NCBI RefSeq assembly: GCF_016432865.1 | Contig: NC_067399.1 | Span: 2,852,001 to 2,916,000, forward strand | Origin: Antechinus flavipes | Lineage: Eukaryota | Length of the DNA stretch: 64,000 nt | Direction: 5' to 3' | Part shown: positions 12,700 to 25,169 of the stretch, piece after piece | How positions within the stretch are numbered: the first letter of the stretch is position 1 | Layout of the letters: each line of letters begins with the position of its first letter | Program-made: the position numbers and the translations under genes | The notes under the pieces: model-generated | What the model saw: only the letters and a program-made list of their open reading frames with translations | What the model was told of the DNA's origin: nothing | Databases searched by the model: none

Positions 12700-14350
12700 T
12701 GTAAGGATATGTAAATTCTGTGCAGACCGAAGTGACTTTCTTTCCTATTGGCCAACAGAATGTATAGCGATAAATAAAGGATCATAGATGCTTTTAAAAA
12801 CCTATAGGGGAATGAAAATCTGGAAACAGAATGTACAAGACGTTCTGAAAGAACAAGAATTACAAGCACCCTATTAGATGAAGCAAAATTTGCAATTTAT
12901 GACAATCTAGTAAATTACATTATTTTGAAAGTAGGATATATTATGAAACAATGCTAGCACTAAAAAGTATGTGCTAAATGTCATAGTATGTAAATGAATT
13001 AACTGAAAGATAACTGAATTGAAACAGAGAAAATAATACAGTAATCTTGGAAGATATTAATGTTCCTTTTTCTTAGTAGGACAAAGTTAATGGAATGAGA
13101 AAAAGAAAGCAAAGCAAAAAAAAAAAAAATGAATGAAATGTTGAAGAAGACAGAGAAAGAAGACTGATGATGACTTCCAAATAGGAACATGAAATAACAG
13201 AAATCTTTCTCAATGAAACATGGAACATTTTTTGTGTGTGTCGTGGGGGAGAAGTTATTTGTTTTGTTTTTAACAATCAGCTATGTTACTGAGTACATGT
13301 TAATGGCACATAAGCTTTTAAAAGTAGAAATACAAAATATCCTCACAGATCATAACAGCATAAAATTATTATTAGATGCAGGAGATATAAGCAGAAATTA
13401 CAGACCTGAATGAAGGTTTCATTATATTAACTTAAATGCGTGGGTAAAAAGAAACAAACAAACCATCAAAATAATGAATAATGATATGAAAGAAAATGGC
13501 AACCACAAGAAAACATACCAACATGTCTGGCACCCAATCAAAATAAATCTTAGAGGACAAATTCTTTCTCTGAGAATATACGTTAACAAAATTGGGCACA
13601 TGGAACAGGAAGAAATCAGTTACAATGGGCATTCATTGAAGGTTTAAAACTACAACAATAACAATTAGAAATCAGAAAATAAAAAGTCCAAAATAAGTAA
13701 GACCTGTTTTTTTTTTTTTGAATAATGTCTCTCTAATTTCAAATGAGAGCATCTTGAGGGGAGGACCCGTATTTATTTTCTTCATGTTCCTAATACTAAT
13801 TGTATAACAAAGAATAAGTACCTTATAAGTGCACTCTGATTTATTACTTCAGATTAATAATCACTCAGTTAACCCGATCAAGAAGGAAACAAATGTCACC
13901 AAATTTAGAAAAAGACAAAATTACACAAAACATAGAAATGAAAATAATTAGTAGAACCTACTAGATATGGCCTAGGCTGGTATAACTGAGTATGTAAAAG
14001 AACAAGAAGATTACCTCCCAAAATATACAATTAGCAGACTTGAAACTAAAGATCTGAAAATGATTAAATTACAGAAAATGAAGGAGAATAATTTCTAAAG
14101 AAACTATTCAGGGTGGAGAAGGTGAAAAGCCTATAGTGTAATTAATTTCAAAGGTTGATTCTATCAAATATTTTACTCAATAACTATATTATACTATATA
14201 AATTGGGTTGAAAATTGATAAAGCATTATAATAAACACCTTTTGTCATATAAATAATGTTCTCATATCATAGAAGGATGAAGAGAAATAGTTTCATTAGT
14301 AGATAAAGAAACTTTTAAAATAAGATCAAATAAGATCCAATTCTAGAATA
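12700..14350 (+). mobile_element. Ancient L1 ORF2 endonuclease/RT remnant
   Basis: Frame 13213-13413 has ...EIQNILTDHNSIKL, resembling the L1 endonuclease SDHNAIKL motif; heavily decayed. Confidence 0.6.
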
Positions 14351-14361
14351 ACAATAAACCC

Positions 14362-14364
<3 letters not shown>

Positions 14365-14432
<68 letters not shown>
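14365..14432. repeat. Compound (TA)n(GA)n microsatellite
   Basis: TA 14365-14400, GA 14401-14432. Confidence 0.95.
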
Positions 14433-14434
<2 letters not shown>

Positions 14435-14679
14435 AACATACACACTGACATATGTGTGTCTGTATTTAAAAATCTTAATTATGATAAAATTTTATTTGTA
14501 CCAAGTATATAAAGATGATTCTCTATATGAATAAGTAAAATAATTTGAAAAAAATAGAAAATGCTTTTATGCATTACAAAGCACAAAATGTTATGTGTTT
14601 AATTTGACTAAAAGTACAAATCTAAAACCCAAACCTAGCATTAACTGCAATGGGTAGATATTAGAAGCCTTCCCAATAT

Positions 14680-14928
14680 TGTTTTTGGTGTTCAGTTGTG
14701 TCCAACTCTTCACTAACCCATTTGGGGTTTTCTTGGCAGAGACATTGAAGTGGTTTGTCATTTCCTTCTCCAGCTCATTGGCTAAATGAGGAACTGTAGG
14801 AAACAGGGTTGAGTGACTCACCAGGGTTCCCACTAACAAGTATCTAAAGTCAAATTTGAACTCAGGAAGTTGAGTCTTACTGACTTGAAACTCAGCACTG
14901 TGCCCACTGTATCACCTAACTGTTCCCT
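14680..14928 (-). mobile_element. MAR1-type CORE-SINE with RTE-like tail
   Basis: ccatttggggttttcttggcagagacattgaagtggtttgtcatttccttctccagctc plus reverse B-box atttgaactc. Confidence 0.85.
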
Positions 14929-15094
14929 TCCCAATATATACCAGTGTAAAGTCAAGATGTTCTGTGAGTCCATTATTGCCAGATTTAGCAATCTACATAA
15001 TACTGATAAGAAGAGAAGAGAAAATAAAGATATGAACACCAATAAAGAAAAAAATATATATTTCCTTTTGTAAGTGCCAAAAAAGTTTATTTTT

Positions 15095-18000
15095 TTTTGG
15101 TGGGGGGAAGTCCAGCCAATATGGTAGAAAGAAGCCATGAAGTAGCCTAAACTCTCCCCAGTTTTCTCAGAAAAAAATGCTGAATCATGTCTTTAAATAG
15201 ATTCTGGAATGACAAAGCCCACAAAAATTTTGAGTAAATCAAGTTTCCAGCTTAAGATATCTTCAAAGGACAACAGGAAATGGGAGTGTGGCCCAATACA
15301 GGCATAAGGTGGGGAATCTAGTGGGACACTCTTAGTCAATACACAGACCAGCAGCAGAAGCCCCTCAGTCCTGATTCAGAGGGCCATTGGTTTAGCATAG
15401 CAACTATAAGATCTCCAACCCAAGTGAAGAAGGCAAATTATGAGTTCCCAACCACTGACACAACAGGTTGTTAAACCTAGCACACTGGGGGAAACCTGGC
15501 AGAAAGCCATTGAGGGCCCTTGGCAAACTGTGAAAGAAGTTTGGGAAAATCTCCCCTGTGACCTAGGAAAAGAGCCCAACTTTTAAAAATGAGTAAATAA
15601 ATGAAAAGAGCCCTGACCATAGAAAGCTACTATGATGATAGGGAAGACCTGAAAACAAACTTAGAAGAGAACAGCAATGGCAAACTACTTACATATGGAG
15701 CCTCAAAAGGGAATATGAATTGGTCTCAAACTCAACAAGTTCAATTTGAAGAATTCAAAAAGGATTTTTTAAATCAAGAAACAGAGGTGGGCAAAAATGA
15801 GCGCTATGCAAGAGAATTATGAGAAAGTCAAGAGCTTAGAAAAGGAAGCACAAAAATTGACTGAAGAAAACAATTCCTTAAAAAATAAATTTAGTGAAAT
15901 TGGAAAAGAATCCATTGGAAAAAATAACTCCTTTATAAGTAGAATTAGCCAAATGGAAAAGGAAGCAAAAAAACTAACTGAAGAAAATAATTCATTACAA
16001 ATTAGAGTTGGACAAATAAACAAATTTTTTTTAAAAATTGAAGAAAATGAGACTTCCTGGATCAAGAGAAAATATTATAAGCAGCTAGAAAAGCAATTAA
16101 AATATTGTGGAGTCACAGTCAGAATAACAATATTTAGCAGCTTCTTCAGGAAAGGATCAGCAGACTTGGAATATGGTATGCCAGAGGGCAAAGGAGCTAG
16201 GATTACCACCAGGAATGACCTACCCAGTAATACCAAATATAATTTTAGAGGGTAAATGGTATTCAATGAAATAAATGACTTTCAAGCATTCCTGATGAAA
16301 AGACCAGAGCTGAATAGAAAACTTGATATTCAAATTCAAAATGCAAGAGAAGCATAAAAAGGTAAGGGGAAATTATCTTTATATTTATAACTCCTAAAAT
16401 CTTTCTCATTATTTGGGAAGTTAGAAGAAGCACAGATAAACAGAAAGCAGAGATATGAGTTTAAAGTGATGCTATGATTATCTAAAAAAATAAATTAACA
16501 GAAAGTGGAATGCACTGGGAGAAGGGGAAAGGGAGAGGTATAATGTGATAAATTTTCTGACATAAAAGAGACTTGAAAGAGATTTTACAGTGGAAGAGAA
16601 AATGGGAAAGCACACACGTGAGCACATGAACCTTATTCTTATTGGAACTGGCTCAAAGAGAGAGGTTTGGTGTAATAATCTATTTTTTCATACAGGAAAG
16701 TAGTAAGGAAAGGAGATAAGAAAAGTTAGGAGCTTTGTACATAGCAAGAAAAATATTATACAATGATCAATTCTGATGGAAATCGCTCTTTTTAATAGTG
16801 AAGTGATTCAGGAATGTTTCAATGAATTTGTGATGGAGAGAGTTCTGTAGGGACTGAGTATGGATCACAAGATAGTATTTTAAGTTTTTTGTTGTTGTTT
16901 GCTTGCATCTTATTTTCTTTCTCATTTTTTCCTTTTTGATCTGAATTTTCTTGTTCCACATGTTAATTGTGAAAATATATATAGAAGAATTGTGCATGTT
17001 AAACATATGTTGGATTACTTGCCAGGTAAGGAAGAGAGTGAGGGGAAGGGAGGGAGAAAAAAAAATTGAACATAAGGTTTTGCAAGGGAATGTTGAAAAC
17101 TATGCATTTATTTTGAAAATAAAAAGCTTTAATAAATGTTAAAAAAAGAAAAGTTGGGGAGCTGATAGAAGAGAGAGTAATTTGGAGAAAGAAAAATTCA
17201 ATAGAAAAACACTTTTGAGAAATTACAGGGTAAAAGGAAAGAGAGAGTAGGATAAACATGGGGGAAATAGAATGGACAGGAATACATAGTCAATTACTAT
17301 GGAAAAATATAATGAGTTTGACAAAAATTTCATTTTTCAACATATAGAAAACTGAGCCAAATTTATAGAAATAACAGTCATTCCTTAATGGCCCTTTTCA
17401 AGAGACAGTAATCAAAGCTATCTATAGTCATATGAAAAAAATGCTCTAAATTGCTATTGATAGAGAAATGCAAATTAAAACAATTCTGAGCTACTCCCTC
17501 AAACCTGTCAGATTGGCTAATATGATAGAAAAGGAAAATGACAACTGTTGAAGGGTATGTGGGAAAATTAAAACACAAATGTGCTATTGGTGAAGTTGAT
17601 TACTAATTCAACTCTTCTGGAGAGCAATTTGGAACTAAGTCCAAGGAGGTATAAAATCATGTATACCCTTTGAACAAGCTGTACCAATACTCAATTTGTA
17701 TCCAAAAGAGATGAAAAACAAGATAAAAAGGAAATATGTGTACAAAAATATTTCTAACAATTTTTTAGTAATGGCAAAGAACTGGAAATTAAGGGGATGG
17801 CCATCAATTGGGGAATGGCTGAACAAGCCGTTGTATGTGATTTTGATGGAAAACTCTTGTACTTTAAAAAAAGGATGAGAAGCATGTTATTGGAAAACAT
17901 GGAAAGACTTACATGAACTCATGCAAAGTGAAATGAAGAGAACCAGAAGAACATTGTATATAGTAACAGCAATATTGTACGATGATCTACTAGAAATAAC

Positions 18001-18336
18001 TTAGCTATTCTCAGCAATGCAATGTACCAAGACAATTCTATAGGACTTATGATGAAAGATGCTGTTCATTTTTACAGAAAGAACTGGAAGAACCTGAATC
18101 CAGATCAAAGATACCTTTTCTTTATTTTTCTTGTTGTTATTTTTGTCTGTTTTCTTTCACAGAATGTCTTATATGGAAATGTGTTTTGCATGACAACACA
18201 TGTATAACCTATGCTAAATACTTGCTTTCTCAATGTGGTGAGGGGGAGAGAAGAAGAAAATTTGGAGCTTAAATCTTTTTTTAAATGTTAAAATTGTTTT
18301 TACATTTAATTGGGAAAAATAAAATATAATTTAAAA
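15095..18336 (+). mobile_element. HAL1-like L1 derivative: 5' UTR, disrupted ORF1, spacer, ORF2 start fused to ORF2 C-terminus, 3' UTR
   Basis: ORF1 remnants MKRALTIESYYDDRED... and coiled-coil EKEAQKLTEENNSL repeats (15601-16060), ORF1 end FLMKRPELNRK (~16290); jump near 17290-17340 to ORF2 C-terminal sequence. Confidence 0.75.
16735..17147 (+). mobile_element. L1 3' fragment nested in the HAL1-like spacer
   Basis: TSD gaaaagttaggagct (16720-16734) / gaaaagttggggagct (17148-17163). Confidence 0.85.
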
Positions 18337-18339
18337 AAC

Positions 18340-20160
18340 CCTCAGAAAATCTTCAAAAAATGAAGAGAGATAACTAATATTGTCACCAAAGCAAGACGGT
18401 TCCAAATCATTAGCATTGCTAAATAGCAATAACAAAACTCAGAAGGAAATAATAAGGGAAGTCTCAGTCAAACCCACTACAAAATGCATAAAATATCCGG
18501 GAGCCAAGCTGCCAAGGCACACTCAAAATTCCATAAATTAATTTACCAAACATTGTTTAAAGAATTTTTTAAAGTTAAATAATAGGAAGAATATTAATTA
18601 TTTATGATCAAACTATAACAATATAGTTAAAATGATGATGCAACCTGAATGCATTTATCTACAGAATTATAACAGGACAAAATAAATTCTCTAGGATATA
18701 CTCCATCAAGTTAGATCAAAGAGCAACAAAATTTAATTGGGGAAACAAAAGGTCTAGAATCTTAAAGAAAAGGATGTAAATATCATCAAGTGAAAGGGCA
18801 AATTACAATACCTCCAGATCTCAAGTTATCTGACACAACCATGATCATTAAATCATTAAACATGCTGGGTTTTAAAATAAACAGATGAATGAATGAATGA
18901 ACAGATAGATAAATATGTAAATGAATGATTGGATGGATATATAGAAAAATTAAAGGAGACAAGGAGACTGACCATGATCATCTTCATAAACTCGAGATTT
19001 AGGATGCCAAGGATCATCAGTTTCTTAACCTCTCCAGTCTGGTAACGCTGGGAAAAGATTTGGCAGAAGTCAGATTCAGGCCAACATCATGCACTCCTTA
19101 TTACAGCCAGTACATCTCAAATACAAAAGGCTACCGTAAAGAATAAAGCCAGGTACTTTTCCAAATTGTGGCAAGGGGTGGGGGAATAGAAGCAAGAGGA
19201 GATGACAAAAAGTTAATTTGGTCACATGAATTTAAAAATATCTTACACGAACCAAATCAATGTAGTCAAGATTAAGGAGAGAAATTTTGCTGGAAATTCA
19301 TGAATTGAGTTTCTTTGATAAAAGTCTGATACACAAGATATATAAGAGTTAAACAAGTAGATTGGGAGTCATGTACCAATAAATAACTAGTCAAAAAGTG
19401 TGATAAATGGGTTTCAAAAGAATGGCAAATTATTTACAAGAACATGAAAAAGTGTTCCAAATCAGTCCTTATAAAGGGGATATAAATCCAAACAATGCTT
19501 CCATTCTACACACATCTCAAACTGGAAAAGAAGACAAAAGCTATAAATAGTCAATGCTGGAAGGACTACAGAAAAGCAGGAACATGAACAGACTGTTGGT
19601 GAAGCTGGGAATTGGACCAACCATTATGGAATGCAATTTGGATTTTTGCAAATATTGTGCCTTAAATGTTTGTACTCTGTTCAACATATTCTTCAAGGAG
19701 TTTAAAGACAGAAAGAGAGACCCCATATACACTAAAATACTCTAAACAACATTTCTGGGTTTGTAGTAATTTAAAAAAATACAAGAAATAAAGTTAATGC
19801 CCTTTGATTAGGAAAAGGCAAAATAAGCTTCAGTGTATGAATGCTCATCAAATAAACTGAAGTAGGGGAAAATGTATGCAATGATTTCAAAAAACCAAGC
19901 AAAAAGACCAAAAATCTGGAAATGAGCACCATAGAATTATAATGTTGAAAGGTGGCTCTAGAAGAGAGTGAAGAATATCAACTTCCTTTTTATCATTGCC
20001 AAGATGGGAATACTATAGACTTTATCAGGCATGGTTGGTACATCAGTTACTTTTGATGGTCTGTTTTTATTTTCTCTTCTTTTTTTTTAAATTCTTGTCA
20101 CAAGGGATGACTCACTGGGTAAAATAGGGGGAAAGGGATAGCTTAAAGAATGAACCTGAC
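18340..20160 (+). mobile_element. Ancient L1 ORF2 C-terminal half and 3' end
   Basis: Decayed L1 motifs (aaaatatccggg, tctgatacacaagatatataaga, ggaccaaccattatggaatgcaatttgg); boundaries approximate. Confidence 0.55.
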
Positions 20161-20234
20161 AAAAGTGTATGTGTTTTGCTTTGTTTTGTTTGTTTGTTTT
20201 GATAATGGTCTTGAATCCTTGTCAAATGGTGGTC

Positions 20235-20515
20235 AAAGGAACTAGGAATGTTTGGTCTGAGAAGATAAGATTCAGGGACCATGGCATTTGTTTTCAATTC
20301 TTGAGAGAGCTGTCCTGCAGGCACAGGATCGACTCTCTCCCTTTGGCTCCAGAGACTAGAAGCAGAAGCAGTGACAAGAGGATGGAGTTTTAAGGAGGTC
20401 CTCTGAAGCTCAATGCCAGAATGAAATGTCCTATTGATAAGAACTCTTCCCAAAGTGAACAGGCTTCTTTGGGGGTGAGAGACTTTCCTCCTTTGAGAAC
20501 TTTAGGCAAAATATA
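20235..20515 (+). mobile_element. L3/CR1 3' fragment
   Basis: aaggaactaggaatgtttggtctgagaagataagattcaggg...ttggctccagagactagaagcag. Confidence 0.7.
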
Positions 20516-22099
20516 GCTGGCTGGTCTTCAGGAATATCCCAGGTGGGGTCCTGCACAGGCTAGGTGAGGTGATTAATGAAGCTCCTCCCAACTCTCACAG
20601 TCTGCAACTGTCCTGATCCTTCAACAAAACCACATAAAACCAAGCAATTTGGTGGTATGGTAAAGCTTCATTCACAGACTCAGAGGGTGTAAGTTGGGCT
20701 CAAAAGGTCCCTCCTAGCTGGGAGGCTGTGGGAATCTCGAACCTTTCCTGGTCTAGTTCTTTATTTGGGTCAACATCAGTCAATCCACTGAGATAGGAGT
20801 GAGTCTAACCAAAATGGCATCCCTAGTGTCCACATCCTTGTACAAGGGCATTGAGCCAAGCAGTTTGAAGTGCCTCAGACCAAGGTTCCCCTCCCCAAGC
20901 AGACATCCAGCATGCCTCCAGGGAGAAGTATGCATAACTTCAGATGGATAAAATGTCTTTAAATAGCTTTACATGAAACTTGGAGAGGAAACTATAATCA
21001 TATGTGAGCTAACCACTCATTAACGCAGACAATTTAATCATAGCTGTTGACCTATCTGTTGCATTTTGGAAGTGACAGTAGGATTAATTTGTGAAGAATC
21101 CCAGGATAATTACCCAGAACCACATGCCAACAACAGGTGATACAACCAGGTATAAAAATAAAGAGCCCAATGGGAACACAGAGGCACATTCCAGGTCTCC
21201 TGTGAAAAGTGGTAGTCAGAGGTGACATGACCTTTAAAATCCCTGACAGGTTTTTGTCTAACCCTTCACAAAATCAAGGGTTGAAAAGTAGCCAACCCCA
21301 TCCCTTGGCATCTAATCCTCCCCCAGGAGACTGGAGTTTCTTTCTTTTGTGGTTCGTCGTTTTTCCTGTCACAGGGAAAATTCTGTATCTCCATAGCTCT
21401 GGTTGGAAGCTTCAGGGCTGCCTCTGTTCTCCTTCAGCTTCAGAACCCCCATTTGGAATGAAGTTCTACATAGCCATGTGCAGCCAACTCTCACTGGCCA
21501 TGACTGGATGTCTCAGGTTGACCTCCATATAGGGAGACCTCTCCTGTCTCATCAATAGTCTTTAAAAAGACTGTCCTCATGCCTTGTGACATCTTGTGAT
21601 GCTACTAAATAACCTCAAGAATATCAAGTACGTTACAGGGGCTTCCATTTCTTGTGTGAGTTAGAGTGTGGCTTCTGAGATTCCAACTAGTTCTGAAAAT
21701 CCCCTAATCCTATGAAACAGAAAACTAAAAAAATAAATAAATAACATTCCTAAACAGGATGTGAACACAAAAGAAAACATGTTATAGACAACAGAGAACA
21801 TAGAAGGATAGTATGCCCATAAAACACAATGGTATAAGTGGTAACTGAAGCCTGGGATTCTAGGACCACTCAAAGTGTTTCATGTTGGGGGCGGGGGGGG
21901 GAATCAAAGGAACGATGGACTACTGCTCATGATGGATGGTTCAGTGCTAAGAAATGATGGTGGCAAGGCTGAACTTTCTCTTTTCCTTGCCAAAGAAAAC
22001 TAGTTTCAGACTGAGAAGGGCTTACCAAAAACATTTAATGCTGAGGTAAAGCCCAAGGTAAATGGGAAGAGAGAAAGACAGTATCCAAGAAATGCCAGC

Positions 22100-22430
22100 C
22101 AGTAGAGCCAGATGACCAATAGTAGTGATTCTGAGAGAAGGGCAGATAGGACTGCTAAGCCTCTGTCAGTGACATTCCAGAAGTATTGGAGAACTGGAGG
22201 GGAGCTTCAGGATTGGAAAAGGAAAATGGAGCTGAATTTTTCCTGAAATTGAAAAGTGCAGTCTACAAACTAAGATTTCCTAAACCTGACTCCTTTTACT
22301 CAAAAAGTTGTAGGACACTTTGCTTAAAGAAAGACTTGGGAATATTTCAATAGAACAGTAGGACTCATTGGAGGCCAGCAGAGGTTTCTAATTAACTAGG
22401 CCAGAAGGTTAGGGGAATGTTCAACTTATA
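22100..22430 (+). mobile_element. L3/CR1 RT-region fragment
   Basis: Translates AKPLSVTFQKYWRTG..QDWKR, matching CR1 AEPLSIIFEKSWRTGEVPEDWR. Confidence 0.75.
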
Positions 22431-22494
22431 GAAATCGTCATCATCACCATCATCTATGTATTTTTACATATTAATAATATATATAATATATATT

Positions 22495-22700
22495 TATGCA
22501 TCTTTATCTTTCAGGTTTGATCCCCACAACAACCCAGAGAGATAGGTACTATTATTCTCATTTTACAAATGGGAAAACTGAGGCTAGAATAAGTAAAATG
22601 ACTTGCCCAGGCTCACAGAGTAAGTGTCTGAGACAGGATTTGCCCTCAGGTCTTCCTGGTTCCAATTCTAACTTTCTATCCTCTGTAGCTCCTAGCTGCC
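22495..22700 (-). mobile_element. MIR/CORE-SINE
   Basis: cattttacaaatgggaaaactgaggct...tgacttgcccagggctcacag...ctagctgcc. Confidence 0.85.
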
Positions 22701-23094
22701 TTTACCGTTTGTAAAGCAAATGAGAGTCATCTTCAAGTATCTGAAGATATGATATGTGGAATAAGGATTAGCCTTCTGTTTGTTCTCAGAGGACAAAACT
22801 AAGAGCATCAATTAATTCATTCATGTATTCATTCATTCATGTGACAAGTATTTATTAAATATATCTGTTTTGTGTCAGGTGCTATATGAGACACTGAGAG
22901 CACAGAAACAAATGAATCAGTTCCTGATCTCAAGGAGTTTTTATTCACTTTGAGGGAAGTAATGGCTAAATAGAAGAAGTGACTTGCTAACAATGGAAAC
23001 TGTCATAAAAATATACCTTAAAAATAACTTTTTCTATTTTTTATTTTATTACCATAGCTTCTTATTTACAAAATATATGGATGGGTAATTTTTC

Positions 23095-24937
23095 TTTTTT
23101 TTTATTTTAATTTTTTATTTAATAATTACTTTATATTGACACTCGTTTCTGTTCCGATTTTTTTCCCCTCCCTCCCTCCACCCCCTCCCCTAGATGGCAA
23201 GCAGTCCTTTATATGTTGGATATGTTGCAGTATATCCTAGATACAATACATGTTTGCAGAACCGAACAGTTCTCTTGTTCCATAGGGAGAATTGGATTCA
23301 GAAGGTATAAATAACCCGGGAAGAAAAACAAAAATGCAGATAGTTCACATTCGTTTCCCAGTGTTCTTTCTTTGGGTGTAGCTGCTTTTGCCCATCATTT
23401 ATCAATTGAAACTCAGGTCTCTTTGTCAAAGAAATCCACTTCCATCAAAATATGTCCTCATACAATATCGTTGTCAAAGTGTATAATGATCTCCTGGTTC
23501 TGCTCATTTCACTTAGCATCAGTTCATGTAAGTCTCGCCAGTCCTCTCTGTATTCATCCTGCTGGTCATTTCTTACAGAACAATAATATTCCATAACATT
23601 CATATACCACAATTTACCCAGCCATTCTCCAATTGATGGGCATCCATTCATTTTCCAGTTTCTGGCCACTACAAACAGGCTGCTACAAACATTTTGGCAC
23701 ATACAGGTCCCTTTCCCTTCTTTAGTATTTCTTTGGGATATAAGCCCAATAGAAACACTGCTGGATCAAAGGTATGCACAATTTGATAATTTTTTGGGCA
23801 TAATTCCAGATTGCTCTCCAGAATGGCTGGATTCGTTCACAACTCCACCAACAATGCATCAGTGTCCCAGTTTTCCCGCATCCCCTCCAACATTCATCAT
23901 TATTTTTTCCTGTCATCTTAGCCAATCTGACAGGTGTGTAGTGGTATCTCAGAGTTGTCTTAATTTGCATTTCTCTGATCAATAATGATTTGGAACACTC
24001 TTTCATATGAGTGGTAATAGTTTCAATTTCATCCTCTGAAAATTGTCTGTTCATATCCTTTGACCATTTATCAATTGAAACTCAGGTCTCTTTGTCAAAG
24101 AAATCCACTTCCATCAAAATATGTCCTCATACAATATCGTTGTCAAAGTGTATAATGATCTCCTGGTTCTGCTCATTTCACTTAGCATCAGTTCATGTAA
24201 GTCTCGCCAGTCCTCTCTGTATTCATCCTGCTGGTCATTTCTTACAGAACAATAATATTCCATAACATTCATATACCACAATTTACCCAGCCATTCTCCA
24301 ATTGATGGGCATCCATTCATTTTCCAGTTTCTGGCCACTACAAACAGGGCTGCTACAAACATTTTGGCACATACAGGTCCCTTTCCCTTCTTTAGTATTT
24401 CTTTGGGATATAAGCCCAATAGAAACACTGCTGATCAAAGGGTATGCACAATTTGATAATTTTTTGGGCATAATTCCAGATTGCTCTCCAGAATGGCTGG
24501 ATTCGTTCACAACTCCACCAACAATGCATCAGTGTCCCAGTTTTCCCGCATCCCCTCCAACATTCATCATTATTTTTTCCTGTCATCTTAGCCAATCTGA
24601 CAGGTGTGTAGTGGTATCTCAGAGTTGTCTTAATTTGCATTTCTCTGATCAATAATGATTTGGAACACTCTTTCATATGAGTGGTAATAGTTTCAATTTC
24701 ATCCTCTGAAAATTGTCTGTTCATATCCTTTGACCATTTATCAATTGGAGAATGGCTTGATTTCTTATAAATTTGAGTCAGTTCTCTATATATTTTGGAA
24801 ATGAGGCCTTTATCAGAACCTTTAACTGTGAAAATGTTTTCCCAGTTTGTTGCTTCCCTTCTAATCTTGTTTGCATTAGTTTTATTTGTACAAAGGCTTT
24901 TTAATTTGATGTAATCAAAATTTTCTATTTTGTGATC
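23095..24937 (-). mobile_element. Young 5'-truncated L1 with internal tandem duplication, inserted into an older L1 3' end
   Basis: Exact 16-bp TSD ggatgggtaatttttc (23079-23094, 24938-24953); poly-T start; ORF2 C-terminal frames (HYTPVRLAKM, CWRGCGKTGTLMHCWW). Confidence 0.95.
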
Positions 24938-25169
24938 GGATGGGTAATTTTTCAACACTGACCCTTGCAAAAGCTTCTTTTCCAACTTTTCCCCTCCTTC
25001 CCCCCACCCCCTCCCCTAGATGGCAGATAGTCCAGTATATGTTAATTATATAACTTTTTCTAAAACCACTTTTAGAAGCATCATTTGTATTAATTAAATT
25101 AATTAATTTAAAAGTTTTAATAAACTCCAAGAAAATCAGATGTAAAACAAGGATGTCCAATGACTTTAA

